Shown here piece by piece: positions 10,677 through 21,694 of a DNA stretch of 64,000 nucleotides; position 1 is the first letter of the stretch, and every line of letters starts with the position of its first letter. The stretch comes from a virus, in the IMG/VR virus record IMGVR_UViG_3300028920_002938, positions 2,891 to 66,890 of that record; one strand, written 5' to 3'. The position numbers were made by a program, and so were the translations under genes. The notes under the pieces are model-generated. The model worked only from the letters and a program-made list of their open reading frames with translations, did not search any database and was not told the DNA's origin.

Positions 10677-13565
10677 TTATTCTGTCTCCTGTGCATGTTC
10701 TAATTCACTAACCTTCCTAACTATATCAAATGGTTGCTTACCATAATTAATAGTAGTAGTAAATCCAGACTTTTGGTCTATCTTTTGTGTATAAGACACA
10801 ACATTCCATAATTCATTAATATTAAAGTTTGCTAAATTAGATGAAAACCTATAGTTTGTTCCTATATTTATAGTTCCATCTATTGTAATAGTACCTTTCT
10901 TTGGTATAGCAGTCATACCAGATACTTCTTTTTCTGCTCTTTCCCTTGCCTGTTCTAGACTTGTATAGCTTGAGTCATATACTTTCTTAAAGTGTCTACC
11001 AAATGAATCTATACTAGCTTGATTTGAGGCTCTATATGATATTTCTCCCTGTTTCCAACCCAATTTAAATGACATATTTCCAGCAGGTACTTTATTTGGT
11101 GCTTCTGAATTTGAACTCCAATTAACTCCACCATCCCAAGAGTACGCAACATTAGCAGCATACTCAGAATTCGGATCATAGTAATAGTTCCAGTATTTAC
11201 TACTACCTGATGGATATTCAAATATCATCCAATATTTCTCATTATTTGTTAATGCTAATTTTGGACTAGTATAAGATTGCCAAGATGACCATGATGGAGG
11301 ATATATAACATCACCAGCGTTCCAAGATATATCATCTGACCATTCTACCTTTGAACCAGAACGTGGTGATCCCCCTCCTTGATTATAATATGCAGTTAAT
11401 TTAGCTCCACCAATCATAGGTCCCTTAACTATAGTTTTTGTACCAGATATATCCCATCCATTACCACTTCTAGTAAAGAAGTACTTAAGTAATACCTCAT
11501 TTCCTGCTACATCCATTAGTACCGTACTTCCAGGAGTTAGCTTTTTCCAATTAGCTCCTTTATCTAAGCTACCCGAATATGTAATATATTCAGTACTTCC
11601 TATTGCTCCATTATCTTCAGTTGTTTCTAGTTTAAGAGTAGTGAAGTCTTCATTTCCTAAAGATACAAGTTCTGATACAGCAGAACCACTCTTTTTATAG
11701 AGTGGAAAGTATCTAAGTCTCAAATCTCTAAACCATACCCACCAACAATTACAAGCACCTCCATTTAGTTGCATCGTCATTCTGGCTTTCTTCACCCGAG
11801 TATAGTACTTACCACCACCAAAGTCTCTTGTTTTTGATATATATTGGGTTCTGTCATCGGCATCAGTATATGAAGCATCGCATACATGAGTCCATCCATA
11901 CCCTTGTCCTGATAAATATAATTTGAATGTATATGAGTGAGAACCACAAGCACATCCTTGTTTGATAGTAAATCTTGCTCCATCAACAGCCCCACTAGCT
12001 ATAGAAGAATTACAAGAGAATTTTACATACTGATATATAGTACTATACGAACCACCATCATCTTTGTATAATATATAATCACTAGAAGTATTATTAATCA
12101 TGTTAATTGGTGATCCACTCCAATCATCACCATCATATTTTGTTCCTGACATCCAAGTAGCTGTACTAGGATACACCCATTCTCTATCATTAGTTATATA
12201 TTTACTAGGAGTTAAAGGCTCAAGAAACATCTTTCCACCAGTTATCTCTATAGAATTTAGACTAGTTGATGATATATATGTCTCGTCTGAAAAGTCATCA
12301 TCAAATATTTCTTGTTCAAACCCACCAGAATCATCTGCTATGGTTAGCGTAGCTTTATTTATTTTTGGTGTAAATGTTCCATCACTCTTCATATGGTATC
12401 TAACTTTCACACCATGTCTTTCTTCTCCAAATGCAACCCAAGTACTACTAGTCATCCCACTCCATTTAACTCCACTAACATTAGTACCAGATATGTGTAT
12501 TGAGTTTGATGATATCATTTCAGTTAAGTCTAATTTCATATATTTGCATGGATAGCCAACATCTTCATTTCCATATTTTCCATAGAACTCACTACTTTCA
12601 ATCATACCAGATGTGGCATAAACACCAGAAACCGCTTTTAGTTGTAGATAACCACCAGTAACTTCCATATTATATGAGTTACCAGTATTTAAGTATGTAT
12701 AGTTATCAAAGTTATCTTCAAATACTTCCCTTTGTGAGTTTCTCCATATTTCAAATGACAATGTACTTGGTTGATTATCACCTTTGCTTCTGTTAAGATA
12801 TAGTTTCACTGAATGTAATCTTGTATCTGAAGCAGTAAATTGTTGTCCAACCAAAACACCATCTGGAAATGTAGCTGTATTTGGATGTGTGGTAGAGACT
12901 TTATCTAAATCAGAATAATCAGTACCACCAATAACTAAACAATCGTTAACTAAATCTTCATCTGATTGTTCTACTGGATTCATACTAACTAAATCACTCT
13001 CTTTAATAGAGAACGCATATGTACCACTTTGTTTATAGTATTTTAGCTGACTATCAGTATCAACATAGAAACTATATCCATCTATTTCTGTAAGTCTAAC
13101 TATTGCATCTCCAACTTGCATATCAGTTAAATCTATGTCATTAACTAATCTAACACCTTTAGCTGGCTTTACTCCACCACCAGATATTCCTGGACAGTAT
13201 GTAGAAACTAGTGAGCTTGCTATGAAAGCTGTAGTACCAGAATATATTGCGTTTGCATCAGTTACATATCTCCACAAATCATATGTCTTTCCTACTAATT
13301 GGTATGTATATGTTCTAGTACCCTTATCTATACTCTGTTGAACTCTTGAGATATATCCATTAAATTGTAAGACTCCATCTATTAATACCTTTGTTTCTGC
13401 TCCTATATTTTGTGAGGACTTTTCACCATATACTTGAACCTTTCCTGATTGATAATATTGTTGATTTGAGTTAGTTATCTCAACTAAACTCACTTTGTTT
13501 CCAGGCTGGTAGTGTTTTGCACTAGCCTGCCCAGAGTTGAACCAAATATCATATTTGTTAGTCAT
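10677..13565 (-). CDS. Tail tip/baseplate hub-like protein with inserted beta-sandwich domains
   Basis: Directly follows the tape measure gene. N-terminal FNGYISRV..LVGKTYDL..DGYSFYVD and C-terminal SIDSFGRH..QARERA..GTITIDG..VVSYTQKI..FTTTINYG are typical of hub proteins. Confidence 0.65.
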   Translation of the reverse strand: MTNKYDIWFNSGQASAKHYQPGNKVSLVEITNSNQQYYQSGKVQVYGEKSSQNIGAETKVLIDGVLQFNGYISRVQQSIDKGTRTYTYQLVGKTYDLWRYVTDANAIYSGTTAFIASSLVSTYCPGISGGGVKPAKGVRLVNDIDLTDMQVGDAIVRLTEIDGYSFYVDTDSQLKYYKQSGTYAFSIKESDLVSMNPVEQSDEDLVNDCLVIGGTDYSDLDKVSTTHPNTATFPDGVLVGQQFTASDTRLHSVKLYLNRSKGDNQPSTLSFEIWRNSQREVFEDNFDNYTYLNTGNSYNMEVTGGYLQLKAVSGVYATSGMIESSEFYGKYGNEDVGYPCKYMKLDLTEMISSNSIHISGTNVSGVKWSGMTSSTWVAFGEERHGVKVRYHMKSDGTFTPKINKATLTIADDSGGFEQEIFDDDFSDETYISSTSLNSIEITGGKMFLEPLTPSKYITNDREWVYPSTATWMSGTKYDGDDWSGSPINMINNTSSDYILYKDDGGSYSTIYQYVKFSCNSSIASGAVDGARFTIKQGCACGSHSYTFKLYLSGQGYGWTHVCDASYTDADDRTQYISKTRDFGGGKYYTRVKKARMTMQLNGGACNCWWVWFRDLRLRYFPLYKKSGSAVSELVSLGNEDFTTLKLETTEDNGAIGSTEYITYSGSLDKGANWKKLTPGSTVLMDVAGNEVLLKYFFTRSGNGWDISGTKTIVKGPMIGGAKLTAYYNQGGGSPRSGSKVEWSDDISWNAGDVIYPPSWSSWQSYTSPKLALTNNEKYWMIFEYPSGSSKYWNYYYDPNSEYAANVAYSWDGGVNWSSNSEAPNKVPAGNMSFKLGWKQGEISYRASNQASIDSFGRHFKKVYDSSYTSLEQARERAEKEVSGMTAIPKKGTITIDGTINIGTNYRFSSNLANFNINELWNVVSYTQKIDQKSGFTTTINYGKQPFDIVRKVSELEHAQETE

Positions 13566-13567
13566 AT

Positions 13568-16500
13568 TTATCTAGTGTTCCTATACCTATACTTGAATTC
13601 TTCTACCATATCATCTACGTTTGCTATAGCATTTACAGTAACTGGACCCAATACATTAAACTCTTCTCTACTACTATTATCAATATTACTTATACCACCT
13701 TCCTGCCTAGTCATTTCTGGGAAGTATGTAGGTATGATATGTTGTAGAATATCTCTACCTCTATCTTTGAATGCACCAGCTAGAGGTACAACAGCTTCTG
13801 GTCCTCTCTCTCCTATCATAGCAAATTGTGGTCCTCTAGTAGTAGCTATTCCTTTTTGTAATCCAGCAATTACACCTTTTGCTCTTTTCATTGGTGGTAT
13901 AGGTATAAATATAGTAGTATGTGTATGTTCAACTTTTATTGGTGTTACATCTTCTACTGCCTTCTTGAATGCATCAACTACTCCAATCATACCTAAGACT
14001 AATACATCAGCAGCATCTCCTACCCTAGTATGGAATGCATCTGCTGAACTTTTTATTCCAGAAAGTGAATCCTCTATATTAGTCTTAAATCCAGTTCCTG
14101 CTTCCTCTATCTTAGGTATTATAGTCTCAATCATAGATGTATTGAATAGAGTAATTGCATCTGCTAATTCAGTAGCTTGTAGATAAATCTCCATATTTAT
14201 CTTCTTGCCACCCTGTCTTACTGTAACTAATGCATTGAATATACCACCATTAGCACTTGAACTAGCTCCTGCTCCACCACCTTCTCCTTGCTCTACTGTT
14301 TCAGTAGTTCCTCTTCTAAATGGTAATCCAGTGTCAGTTGCAGGTGTTTGAGTTACATTCTTTATTGGTAATCCGTCTGTTGGTATTATTATATTAATTC
14401 CTGTAGACAATATAGAATTTATACTTTCTAACAAATTATTTATAGATGATATGTCTTCTAGTAGAGTTTTAATACTTGCTATTTTAGTTAGTGCATTATT
14501 AACTGAAGCTACTCCACCAGTTTGCATTGGAGTCAAATCTGGGAAGTATTTTGGTATAATCTTCTCTAGTATTTGTTTTCCGTATTTTCTATTTGCTCCT
14601 TCTAATGGAACTACTGCTTCTGCACCATTTTCTCCTATCAATGCTTGTATTGGTTGTGTTGTTTCAGTAATACCAGTCTTTAGTTTTGGAATTATTCCAC
14701 TTTCTCCGTGTAATTCTTCCCATTTTTTCCTTGCATCCTCAATAGCATTTTTAGCTCTCTTACTAGGATTTAAGAAATCCCACATATTGCCTAGTGTGTC
14801 AAAGAATCCACCGTCGCCACCGTCATCATCCTTATCTTTTGTTCTTCTCTCTACTTCTTCAACAAGATGTATTATAAACTCTTCTTGTCCTAACTTTATT
14901 AATTCATCTCTTATATTTCCTATTCTGTCTATTGTAGTTTGTAGTTTTTTATTAACAGTGTCAGCATCAGATGATATTGATGACAATCCTGACTGTCCAT
15001 ACTTAGCTACTTGTTTAAAGTCACCACCTACTATTCTTAATATTTCGTCTTCATCTTCACCACGTTCTACCAATTCTTTCATTGTAATAGCTGCTATAGC
15101 AGTAGCACTTGAATATGCTTCTGTTTCAGGAACCCATTGTGATACATATTTTAAATATGCATCAAGAACTGTAGCTGAATCAGCAGACTTATCTGTAAAG
15201 TATCCAGTTTGTTTATTAATATTATATAATGCTTCTTCAAATGCCTCTGAACCTCTAGTAATTGTATCAAAGTCTATGAAGTCTCCACCCCTTAATTGTA
15301 AATCATCTATATCCTTTTGACTTAAACCTTGTTCCTTTAGCCAATCCTTTGTTATAAGTCCTTCTGGTATATCACTTGGTAACATACTAAATTCATTTAT
15401 CAGTATATCACGTATAGTATCTAAGCCTACTCCAAATTTTCCTCTTAGAAATTCTATTTGGTCTCCAGTAAATCCTTGTGAAGCTAGCCACTCATCATCT
15501 ATAATATTTGGTATTTCACCTTCTATTTCTATATTATCTGGCATAACCCATTTCGGATATCCTAATTGATTCCAAGCATCATCAAATCCACTTAATTCTT
15601 TTTTGAATGAATCAAATTTACTCTCATAGCCAGCTAAATCAAATTCTGGAAACTGCACTTTTGGAAATCCACTCAATGCTACCCACATCTCTGAAGCTGT
15701 CTGTGCTACACCTTTAAGAGCTAATTTTAGGAGTTCATGTTCTTCTCTAGTATCTTCTACAGACACATCAAGATCATGTAATGTTTCCATATAATCGTTA
15801 TATGCACTAATTACCTCGTATGAAGCTAGTTCATTATCTACCAAGTCTTCAGAGAAGTCACCTATAGTATCTCCTGCTTTATCAACAGCTTTCTCTGCTT
15901 CATATGTAGCATTAGCAAAATTCATTACAACTTCAAATGCACCAACATCTGCTCCTGTAAGCAATAACTCTACATTTCCAACATCTTGATTAGCCAATTT
16001 TAAAGCTTCTGCTTCTGTCTTCCCTTGCCCTAAATAATCAACATATGATTCAATCCAGTCTGTTAGTTCTTCATCTGTCTCTATTTGATCTAATACTTTA
16101 GCAAACTTAACACCAGTCTTTATAGCTTCTCCTTCAGCCTTTTCTTTATCTACGTAACTATCTATAACTTCTTTTGTGAGCATACCTTCTTTGGCTAATG
16201 CTTCAAACATCTCATCTATCTTACTAGATTTGTCTTTTTGTAATTTATATCTCTTTAGTTCTATCTCTAATAGTTTCCATTTCTCTTCTTTAAGTCTCTT
16301 TGTTCCTTCTTCTAATATTTTATTCCAATCAGCTTCAGTTCTCTGAAATATTATCTGTTCTCCTTCCAGTTTATTCATTCTTTCTATTTGGTTTATCAAA
16401 TCAACTCTTAAATCATAGAATAACTTACCTTGTTCTATTGCTTCTCTATATTCCTTGTTTGTCTTTTCAAGCACTTCATTATATTTAGCTTCATTCTCTG

Positions 16501-18997
16501 CAGCAGTATCAGATAAATCTGTTAATCTACTAAGCATACTGGTTCTGTCATCTTCTAATGAAAGTAATTCATTCTGTATTGATAGAAATTCTTCACTATC
16601 TGTTGTATATATTGACCTAACATCAGCTAATTCATGTTCTTTCTTAAGTATATCTTTATCAACCCGACTCAATTGATTATGAACATCTATTAATTGACTT
16701 TCAGCATCATAATATCTTTGGTAATAACTTATTCCATCAGAAACTACACTATTTGTATCCTTTAATGAATTTATTAGATATGTAGTGAATTTTATTACTT
16801 CCTCTTCAGACTCATATATATCTTTATTAACTCTAGATAATTGAACTAGAGTATCACTATATTTATCTGTATCTGTCTGTCCTGCCTGTTCTAGTCCTAA
16901 TAGTATACCTTTTAATCTAATTTGTTCCTTTATTGCTAAATTAAGACTCTTTATTGAATCCTTATATTTGGAAACAACAGAATCTTGTTCACTATATGCA
17001 ACCTTTAAATTTTTAAGAACACTTCTAACTTGTTTTAATTCTTCGCTTTGCTCTTCTGATTTACCTATAAATGAACTTACAATAGCTACTAATGCTCCTA
17101 CTCCAGCAATTATCCAACCTATTGGACCAAGCATTGCAGCAAATGCTGTTGATAACATTGGGAGTTGGGTTAATAGCTTAGACACAACAAATCCAACACC
17201 TATTAAAGCTATTGCTAATGTATCGATAGCCGTTCCACTACCACTTATTACTCTAAAAAGTGCCATTAGAAATCCAGAAAGTACCATAAACTTTGCTGCT
17301 GTAACTGCTAATGATGCATTTAAGTATTTTAAATCATTAGTCATTATTGCACACCAAATAGCAGCTATTTTAGCTTTCGCAGCAAATAATGCCTGCATTG
17401 CAGCAACTATTGCTGACCATTTAGCTGCCAATTTTGCATATATAACATAAGATATTAGAGTAACTACTAGAAATTCAAGTATTGGAGCTAATCCCATTAT
17501 TACACTTGCCATTGTTTTGAATGAATTTATTAATGGTCCCTTTATAAAGTCTGCTATTGACTTTAGTATTGGTTTTAAAGATTCTCCCATGTCTAGAGCT
17601 GCTTGATAAAACGCTTGTTGCATTTGTGCAAATGTTCCCCATTGTGTATTCTGCATTTCTTCTGCAATATCAGATGTTATTCCTTGTGAAGCCTTTAGTA
17701 ATTTAATATATGTAGAAATCTCATCTGTAGACTCAACTAGTGCAACTGCTGAAGCTGCAGTTCTTGCTCTAAACATAGCCGAAGCTTCTGCTGCTCCAAA
17801 CTGAACTGCTCTTAATTTCTCTAATACAGTAACTAATGAATAAAATCTTGGATTTAAATCTGTTAGAGATAATCCCATACCTTCTAACATCTCTTTAGCC
17901 TCATCAGTAGGTTTAAGTAGTTTAGTAAATACCATATTTAACCTTTGACCAATTTGACCTCCTTCCATACCAGTATTTGATAGAGTTGCAATTGCTGCAG
18001 TAGTGTCTTGTATTCTCTGTCCTAGAATACCTGCAATAACACCAACATACTTCATAGCATTTGCTAGTTTTTGTTGAGTTAAGAAAGAGTTTGTAATAGC
18101 AGCAGTAAATGTGTCTGTAACCATTTCTGTATCATCTAGTGTTAGATTGAATTGTTTTATAGCTACAGTAACTGAATACACTGCTTCTCTTAATTCTGTT
18201 GCTGTTGCTGTGGCATAATCCATCATTTGCCTGAAATTTTCCATACCAGATTCACCTTCTTCAGCCATAGCAACTACATCATAACCTGCTGAAGCTAAAT
18301 CGTATAATGCTTTACTAGCATCTCCAGCAGTAAATACTGTTCCTTGTACTGACTCAGTAGCAAAATTAGATAAAACAGTTGTAGCTCTTCCAAATGATTG
18401 ACTTAAATACCCAGATACAGAAGCCGCTTGATAAATAGCCTTCTCAAATTCTGTAAATTGTTCAATTGCAGAACTTATGGCTTGTCTAATACCCATAACC
18501 AATTGAACACCAATACTAAATGTGATATAGTGTATAATCTTCATAGCAAATGTCTTAAAGTTAAGCATTGCCTTAAGCATATGTCCGAATGATTCTTGTG
18601 TAGAAGTAGTAATCTTTCTATTTGTTTCAACCCATTGCTTACCATTCCATTCCATTGTTTGTACTACTTGTCCATATACACCATTTAATTTATCATAATA
18701 TTTATTAATTCTTTTTGTAGAGTCACCTGTTGATTGCTCTACTCTTTTTACTCCAGTCTCCATTCTATGCATCCAGTCACCAAATGCCTGTGCATTTCTT
18801 GTCAAGTTCTTATTCATTGAAACTGAATTTCTTGATATAGTATTAGTTATAGCAGAGAATGCAGCTCTCATTTCTTTAGGAACTTTCCTACATGCTATAG
18901 CAAAGTTTTCCATTGCTTTCGTAGCAATGCCTACATTTTTACTAAAGCCTTGTACATTGGCTGTGAATGTTGCAGATATATTACCTATGCTAGGCAT
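13568..18997 (-). CDS. Tail tape measure protein (TP901-like core)
   Basis: 1809 aa, helical and Ala-rich. FTAGDASKALYDLASAG, LANAMKYVG and TAAIATLSNTGMEGGQIG motifs; central hydrophobic segments; GExGxEAVVPL motifs near the C-terminus. Confidence 0.93.
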   Translation of the reverse strand: MPSIGNISATFTANVQGFSKNVGIATKAMENFAIACRKVPKEMRAAFSAITNTISRNSVSMNKNLTRNAQAFGDWMHRMETGVKRVEQSTGDSTKRINKYYDKLNGVYGQVVQTMEWNGKQWVETNRKITTSTQESFGHMLKAMLNFKTFAMKIIHYITFSIGVQLVMGIRQAISSAIEQFTEFEKAIYQAASVSGYLSQSFGRATTVLSNFATESVQGTVFTAGDASKALYDLASAGYDVVAMAEEGESGMENFRQMMDYATATATELREAVYSVTVAIKQFNLTLDDTEMVTDTFTAAITNSFLTQQKLANAMKYVGVIAGILGQRIQDTTAAIATLSNTGMEGGQIGQRLNMVFTKLLKPTDEAKEMLEGMGLSLTDLNPRFYSLVTVLEKLRAVQFGAAEASAMFRARTAASAVALVESTDEISTYIKLLKASQGITSDIAEEMQNTQWGTFAQMQQAFYQAALDMGESLKPILKSIADFIKGPLINSFKTMASVIMGLAPILEFLVVTLISYVIYAKLAAKWSAIVAAMQALFAAKAKIAAIWCAIMTNDLKYLNASLAVTAAKFMVLSGFLMALFRVISGSGTAIDTLAIALIGVGFVVSKLLTQLPMLSTAFAAMLGPIGWIIAGVGALVAIVSSFIGKSEEQSEELKQVRSVLKNLKVAYSEQDSVVSKYKDSIKSLNLAIKEQIRLKGILLGLEQAGQTDTDKYSDTLVQLSRVNKDIYESEEEVIKFTTYLINSLKDTNSVVSDGISYYQRYYDAESQLIDVHNQLSRVDKDILKKEHELADVRSIYTTDSEEFLSIQNELLSLEDDRTSMLSRLTDLSDTAAENEAKYNEVLEKTNKEYREAIEQGKLFYDLRVDLINQIERMNKLEGEQIIFQRTEADWNKILEEGTKRLKEEKWKLLEIELKRYKLQKDKSSKIDEMFEALAKEGMLTKEVIDSYVDKEKAEGEAIKTGVKFAKVLDQIETDEELTDWIESYVDYLGQGKTEAEALKLANQDVGNVELLLTGADVGAFEVVMNFANATYEAEKAVDKAGDTIGDFSEDLVDNELASYEVISAYNDYMETLHDLDVSVEDTREEHELLKLALKGVAQTASEMWVALSGFPKVQFPEFDLAGYESKFDSFKKELSGFDDAWNQLGYPKWVMPDNIEIEGEIPNIIDDEWLASQGFTGDQIEFLRGKFGVGLDTIRDILINEFSMLPSDIPEGLITKDWLKEQGLSQKDIDDLQLRGGDFIDFDTITRGSEAFEEALYNINKQTGYFTDKSADSATVLDAYLKYVSQWVPETEAYSSATAIAAITMKELVERGEDEDEILRIVGGDFKQVAKYGQSGLSSISSDADTVNKKLQTTIDRIGNIRDELIKLGQEEFIIHLVEEVERRTKDKDDDGGDGGFFDTLGNMWDFLNPSKRAKNAIEDARKKWEELHGESGIIPKLKTGITETTQPIQALIGENGAEAVVPLEGANRKYGKQILEKIIPKYFPDLTPMQTGGVASVNNALTKIASIKTLLEDISSINNLLESINSILSTGINIIIPTDGLPIKNVTQTPATDTGLPFRRGTTETVEQGEGGGAGASSSANGGIFNALVTVRQGGKKINMEIYLQATELADAITLFNTSMIETIIPKIEEAGTGFKTNIEDSLSGIKSSADAFHTRVGDAADVLVLGMIGVVDAFKKAVEDVTPIKVEHTHTTIFIPIPPMKRAKGVIAGLQKGIATTRGPQFAMIGERGPEAVVPLAGAFKDRGRDILQHIIPTYFPEMTRQEGGISNIDNSSREEFNVLGPVTVNAIANVDDMVEEFKYRYRNTR

Positions 18998-19065
18998 GGT
19001 ATCACTTGGCTGTTATAGCCATTATTTATAATGTTTTTCTTCATTTTCATCAAAATATTGATTTT

Positions 19066-19200
19066 GCTCGAGGATCGTCATAGAGCGATTCTGAGACGTT
19101 TTGGGGGGGTCACTGGTATCCTACCATTAGTGGCGGAGGGTTTTTGCGTTAGCGTGGCTCTTTACCCCCTTCTCGTGCATGATTTTGAGGGGTCCTCGAC
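19066..19200 (+). ncRNA. GC-rich intergenic island, candidate structured RNA or cis DNA element
   Basis: GC-rich stretch in an AT-rich genome. Nested pairings 19068-19076/19191-19199, 19077-19081/19179-19183, 19103-19110/19164-19171 and 19111-19117/19126-19132. Confidence 0.4.
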
Positions 19201-19214
19201 CCAAATTAACATAT

Positions 19215-19535
19215 TCAATCTTGTGTATCCACAATCTGAATTAAATCTCTCTGTATTATCGGTTTATATCCATATGATCCACCTAATGAATGATATCCAC
19301 TCCATTGGATTACATATATACCCAATGGATCAGTTGAAGATGTATTAAAGTAATAATGATATTCTCCAGTTCCATCTCTTGTAGCTCCACTTGCATTTAC
19401 TAATGTTGTACCATCTGGTTTTATTACTGTTACAAATGCTTTGTTTCCTGATGGATCTGTGAGTACTCCACTAGATTTAAAATCTATGTCTGTCTTAACA
19501 GTATTGCCTCTTTCAAAACGGTCCGTTCTAATCAC
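19215..19535 (-). CDS. Small Ig-like virion protein (BppU N-terminal-like)
   Basis: F..G.LTDP...FVTVIKPDGT..TRDGTGEYHYYF...LGIYVIQWSG pattern. Confidence 0.55.
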   Translation of the reverse strand: MIRTDRFERGNTVKTDIDFKSSGVLTDPSGNKAFVTVIKPDGTTLVNASGATRDGTGEYHYYFNTSSTDPLGIYVIQWSGYHSLGGSYGYKPIIQRDLIQIVDTQD

Positions 19536-21694
19536 CCCGCTGCCAAATAATTATTAGTACATTCAAACATACTACTATTTGTAGGTTTTGCATAATTAAT
19601 CCATATAAGATTAAATATATTAGCATCGATAAGATAATTAACATCAAGTGTATCTCTTCCAGACTTAAAGTCTATGTTATATGGTTGTGATAATATAGAT
19701 TTTGTTGTATAGTTGATTTCCATATTTCTATTATAAACTCTATTTATTATAATATCTATTATATTATTTTTATTTGCATTTGATAGTTCTATTAGAGTAT
19801 TTATAATAAAAGATTTATATAAATTATGTTTCTTCAGTATCATATCTATATCAATGTTTCTTTCTTTTATTAAACCAACAACAATATCTATTATAATTGA
19901 TTTGTCTATGCCAAAATTACTAAACATAGAATCTATTAAGTTTGATTTTGTTTTATTTATATCACGCAAATAAGTATCAAATAGTACATTAGCCTCATTA
20001 TTAGTCTCTTTTGATAATAGGTCAAATAATATTTGGCGATTACCTGTCTCTTTTATTAAAACATCTATATCAATATTATTTTCTATGAACTTACTTAGTA
20101 ATAAGTCTATATCAACATTTAAATCCTTCTGTTCTAAAATTGATTGTATTAATAAATCGATTCTAATACCAATGTCCTTACCAGAACCAATAACTAAGTC
20201 TATTAATAAATCCATATCATATTCTCCTTTTATATTAGCATCTATATATTCTTTTTTAGTATTAAATAAAGATAATAATGTATCCATCTTAATATCTCTT
20301 TCTAATAATCCATTCATTATCAGTTGATCTATTAGATAATTAATATTGCCTTGTTTTGATATTAGTATATCTACAAGTTCATTAGCAGTATAGTTTTTAT
20401 ATTTAGTTAGTATATCAATGTTATATTTTTTAGATAACTCTTCTTTTATTATTACATCTATTAAACTATCTTTGTCTAATGATTCACTCTTAATCATCAA
20501 GTCTATAATATTGTTTATATTTAATCCTGCTTCTGTACTTATTAAATCTATGCTGGGTTTTAAAGTGTTAGACTTCTGGACTAATATATTAATCAACTCA
20601 CTTCTTGTCTTGTTTGAATTTAATACTATTAAGTCCACTAAGTTACTAATATCTAAATCGGAAGATTCAATTAATATGTCTATAATCTCACTTTGTGTTA
20701 TATTTAGATCACTGACTATGTAGTCAATTAATTCAGTTATATTATATCTTCTGAATGAAATTAAATCTTGTATCATTGATATTTCTAGGTTTGTATTAGA
20801 TTGTAGAATATCTTGACTGTATGAAATTGCATTATTTATTTCAGATAAGAGAACATCTGTTTTATACAAAATACTATATCCAACCTCAGTGTGATATGTA
20901 TAATAATCCTCATGCCAATCATCACCACCACCATCTGGTGAAGAATTGTCTTTATCTGGATTATCACAAGTAAAATTGGCAATTAGTATTCCAGAGCCAT
21001 TAATTTTAGCTTCAGCACCCCAGTTTCCGCCTTCATATGGAGAAGGGTCAAGACATGATGCTGCAAGTGGATGGTCAGCATTTGAATCACCTAATTGTGG
21101 ATTACCAGAACCATATGAAAGTTGAGTTGTTCTTGTACCTGAACGTACCTTTACTCCATTTACCCATAAACCCATATCTCCCTGTGCACCACCTTCTGAG
21201 CAATATTGAAAACTAACAACAAACCAACCAGGTAAGTCCGCATCAGGTATTTCATAGATAACATTATCTTGAGGTGTACCACCAGCATTATGAGTACAGC
21301 ATATCTCAACACCCGTTTCTGTAGCCCTTAAAAAACCAGCTTGTGCATGGGTTCCACCACCATTGTGAAATAGTCCATAAACTTGACTATGTGTTAACCC
21401 AGCTGGAATATATAATAACATCGCTGCATCAGTAATGATGTAGATATCCATCCATCCACTAGCAGGTGGATTGTTGTTACTATTCATTCCCTCATAATCT
21501 TCCTGAGTGGATATATCACCAGAGCCTACATTTGTATTATTGTCATTACCTGATTCATCCCTACCGAAATTGGTACCGAGATTGGTACTGTTTAATTCCC
21601 AATAAGTATGAGGGTTTTGTGCTGCAATAAAGTCTTCTCTTCCATTTTTAGGTGTTATAGAAGTCATTTCACCACCATTAGTCTGCAGCCTCAA
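19532..21694 (-). CDS. LamG/concanavalin-like head domain plus 14-15 aa repeat fibre
   Basis: N-terminal YWELN..GRDESGNDN..LWVNGVKV; C-terminal tandem xIDxLI repeats. Confidence 0.6.
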   Translation of the reverse strand: MRLQTNGGEMTSITPKNGREDFIAAQNPHTYWELNSTNLGTNFGRDESGNDNNTNVGSGDISTQEDYEGMNSNNNPPASGWMDIYIITDAAMLLYIPAGLTHSQVYGLFHNGGGTHAQAGFLRATETGVEICCTHNAGGTPQDNVIYEIPDADLPGWFVVSFQYCSEGGAQGDMGLWVNGVKVRSGTRTTQLSYGSGNPQLGDSNADHPLAASCLDPSPYEGGNWGAEAKINGSGILIANFTCDNPDKDNSSPDGGGDDWHEDYYTYHTEVGYSILYKTDVLLSEINNAISYSQDILQSNTNLEISMIQDLISFRRYNITELIDYIVSDLNITQSEIIDILIESSDLDISNLVDLIVLNSNKTRSELINILVQKSNTLKPSIDLISTEAGLNINNIIDLMIKSESLDKDSLIDVIIKEELSKKYNIDILTKYKNYTANELVDILISKQGNINYLIDQLIMNGLLERDIKMDTLLSLFNTKKEYIDANIKGEYDMDLLIDLVIGSGKDIGIRIDLLIQSILEQKDLNVDIDLLLSKFIENNIDIDVLIKETGNRQILFDLLSKETNNEANVLFDTYLRDINKTKSNLIDSMFSNFGIDKSIIIDIVVGLIKERNIDIDMILKKHNLYKSFIINTLIELSNANKNNIIDIIINRVYNRNMEINYTTKSILSQPYNIDFKSGRDTLDVNYLIDANIFNLIWINYAKPTNSSMFECTNNYLAAG

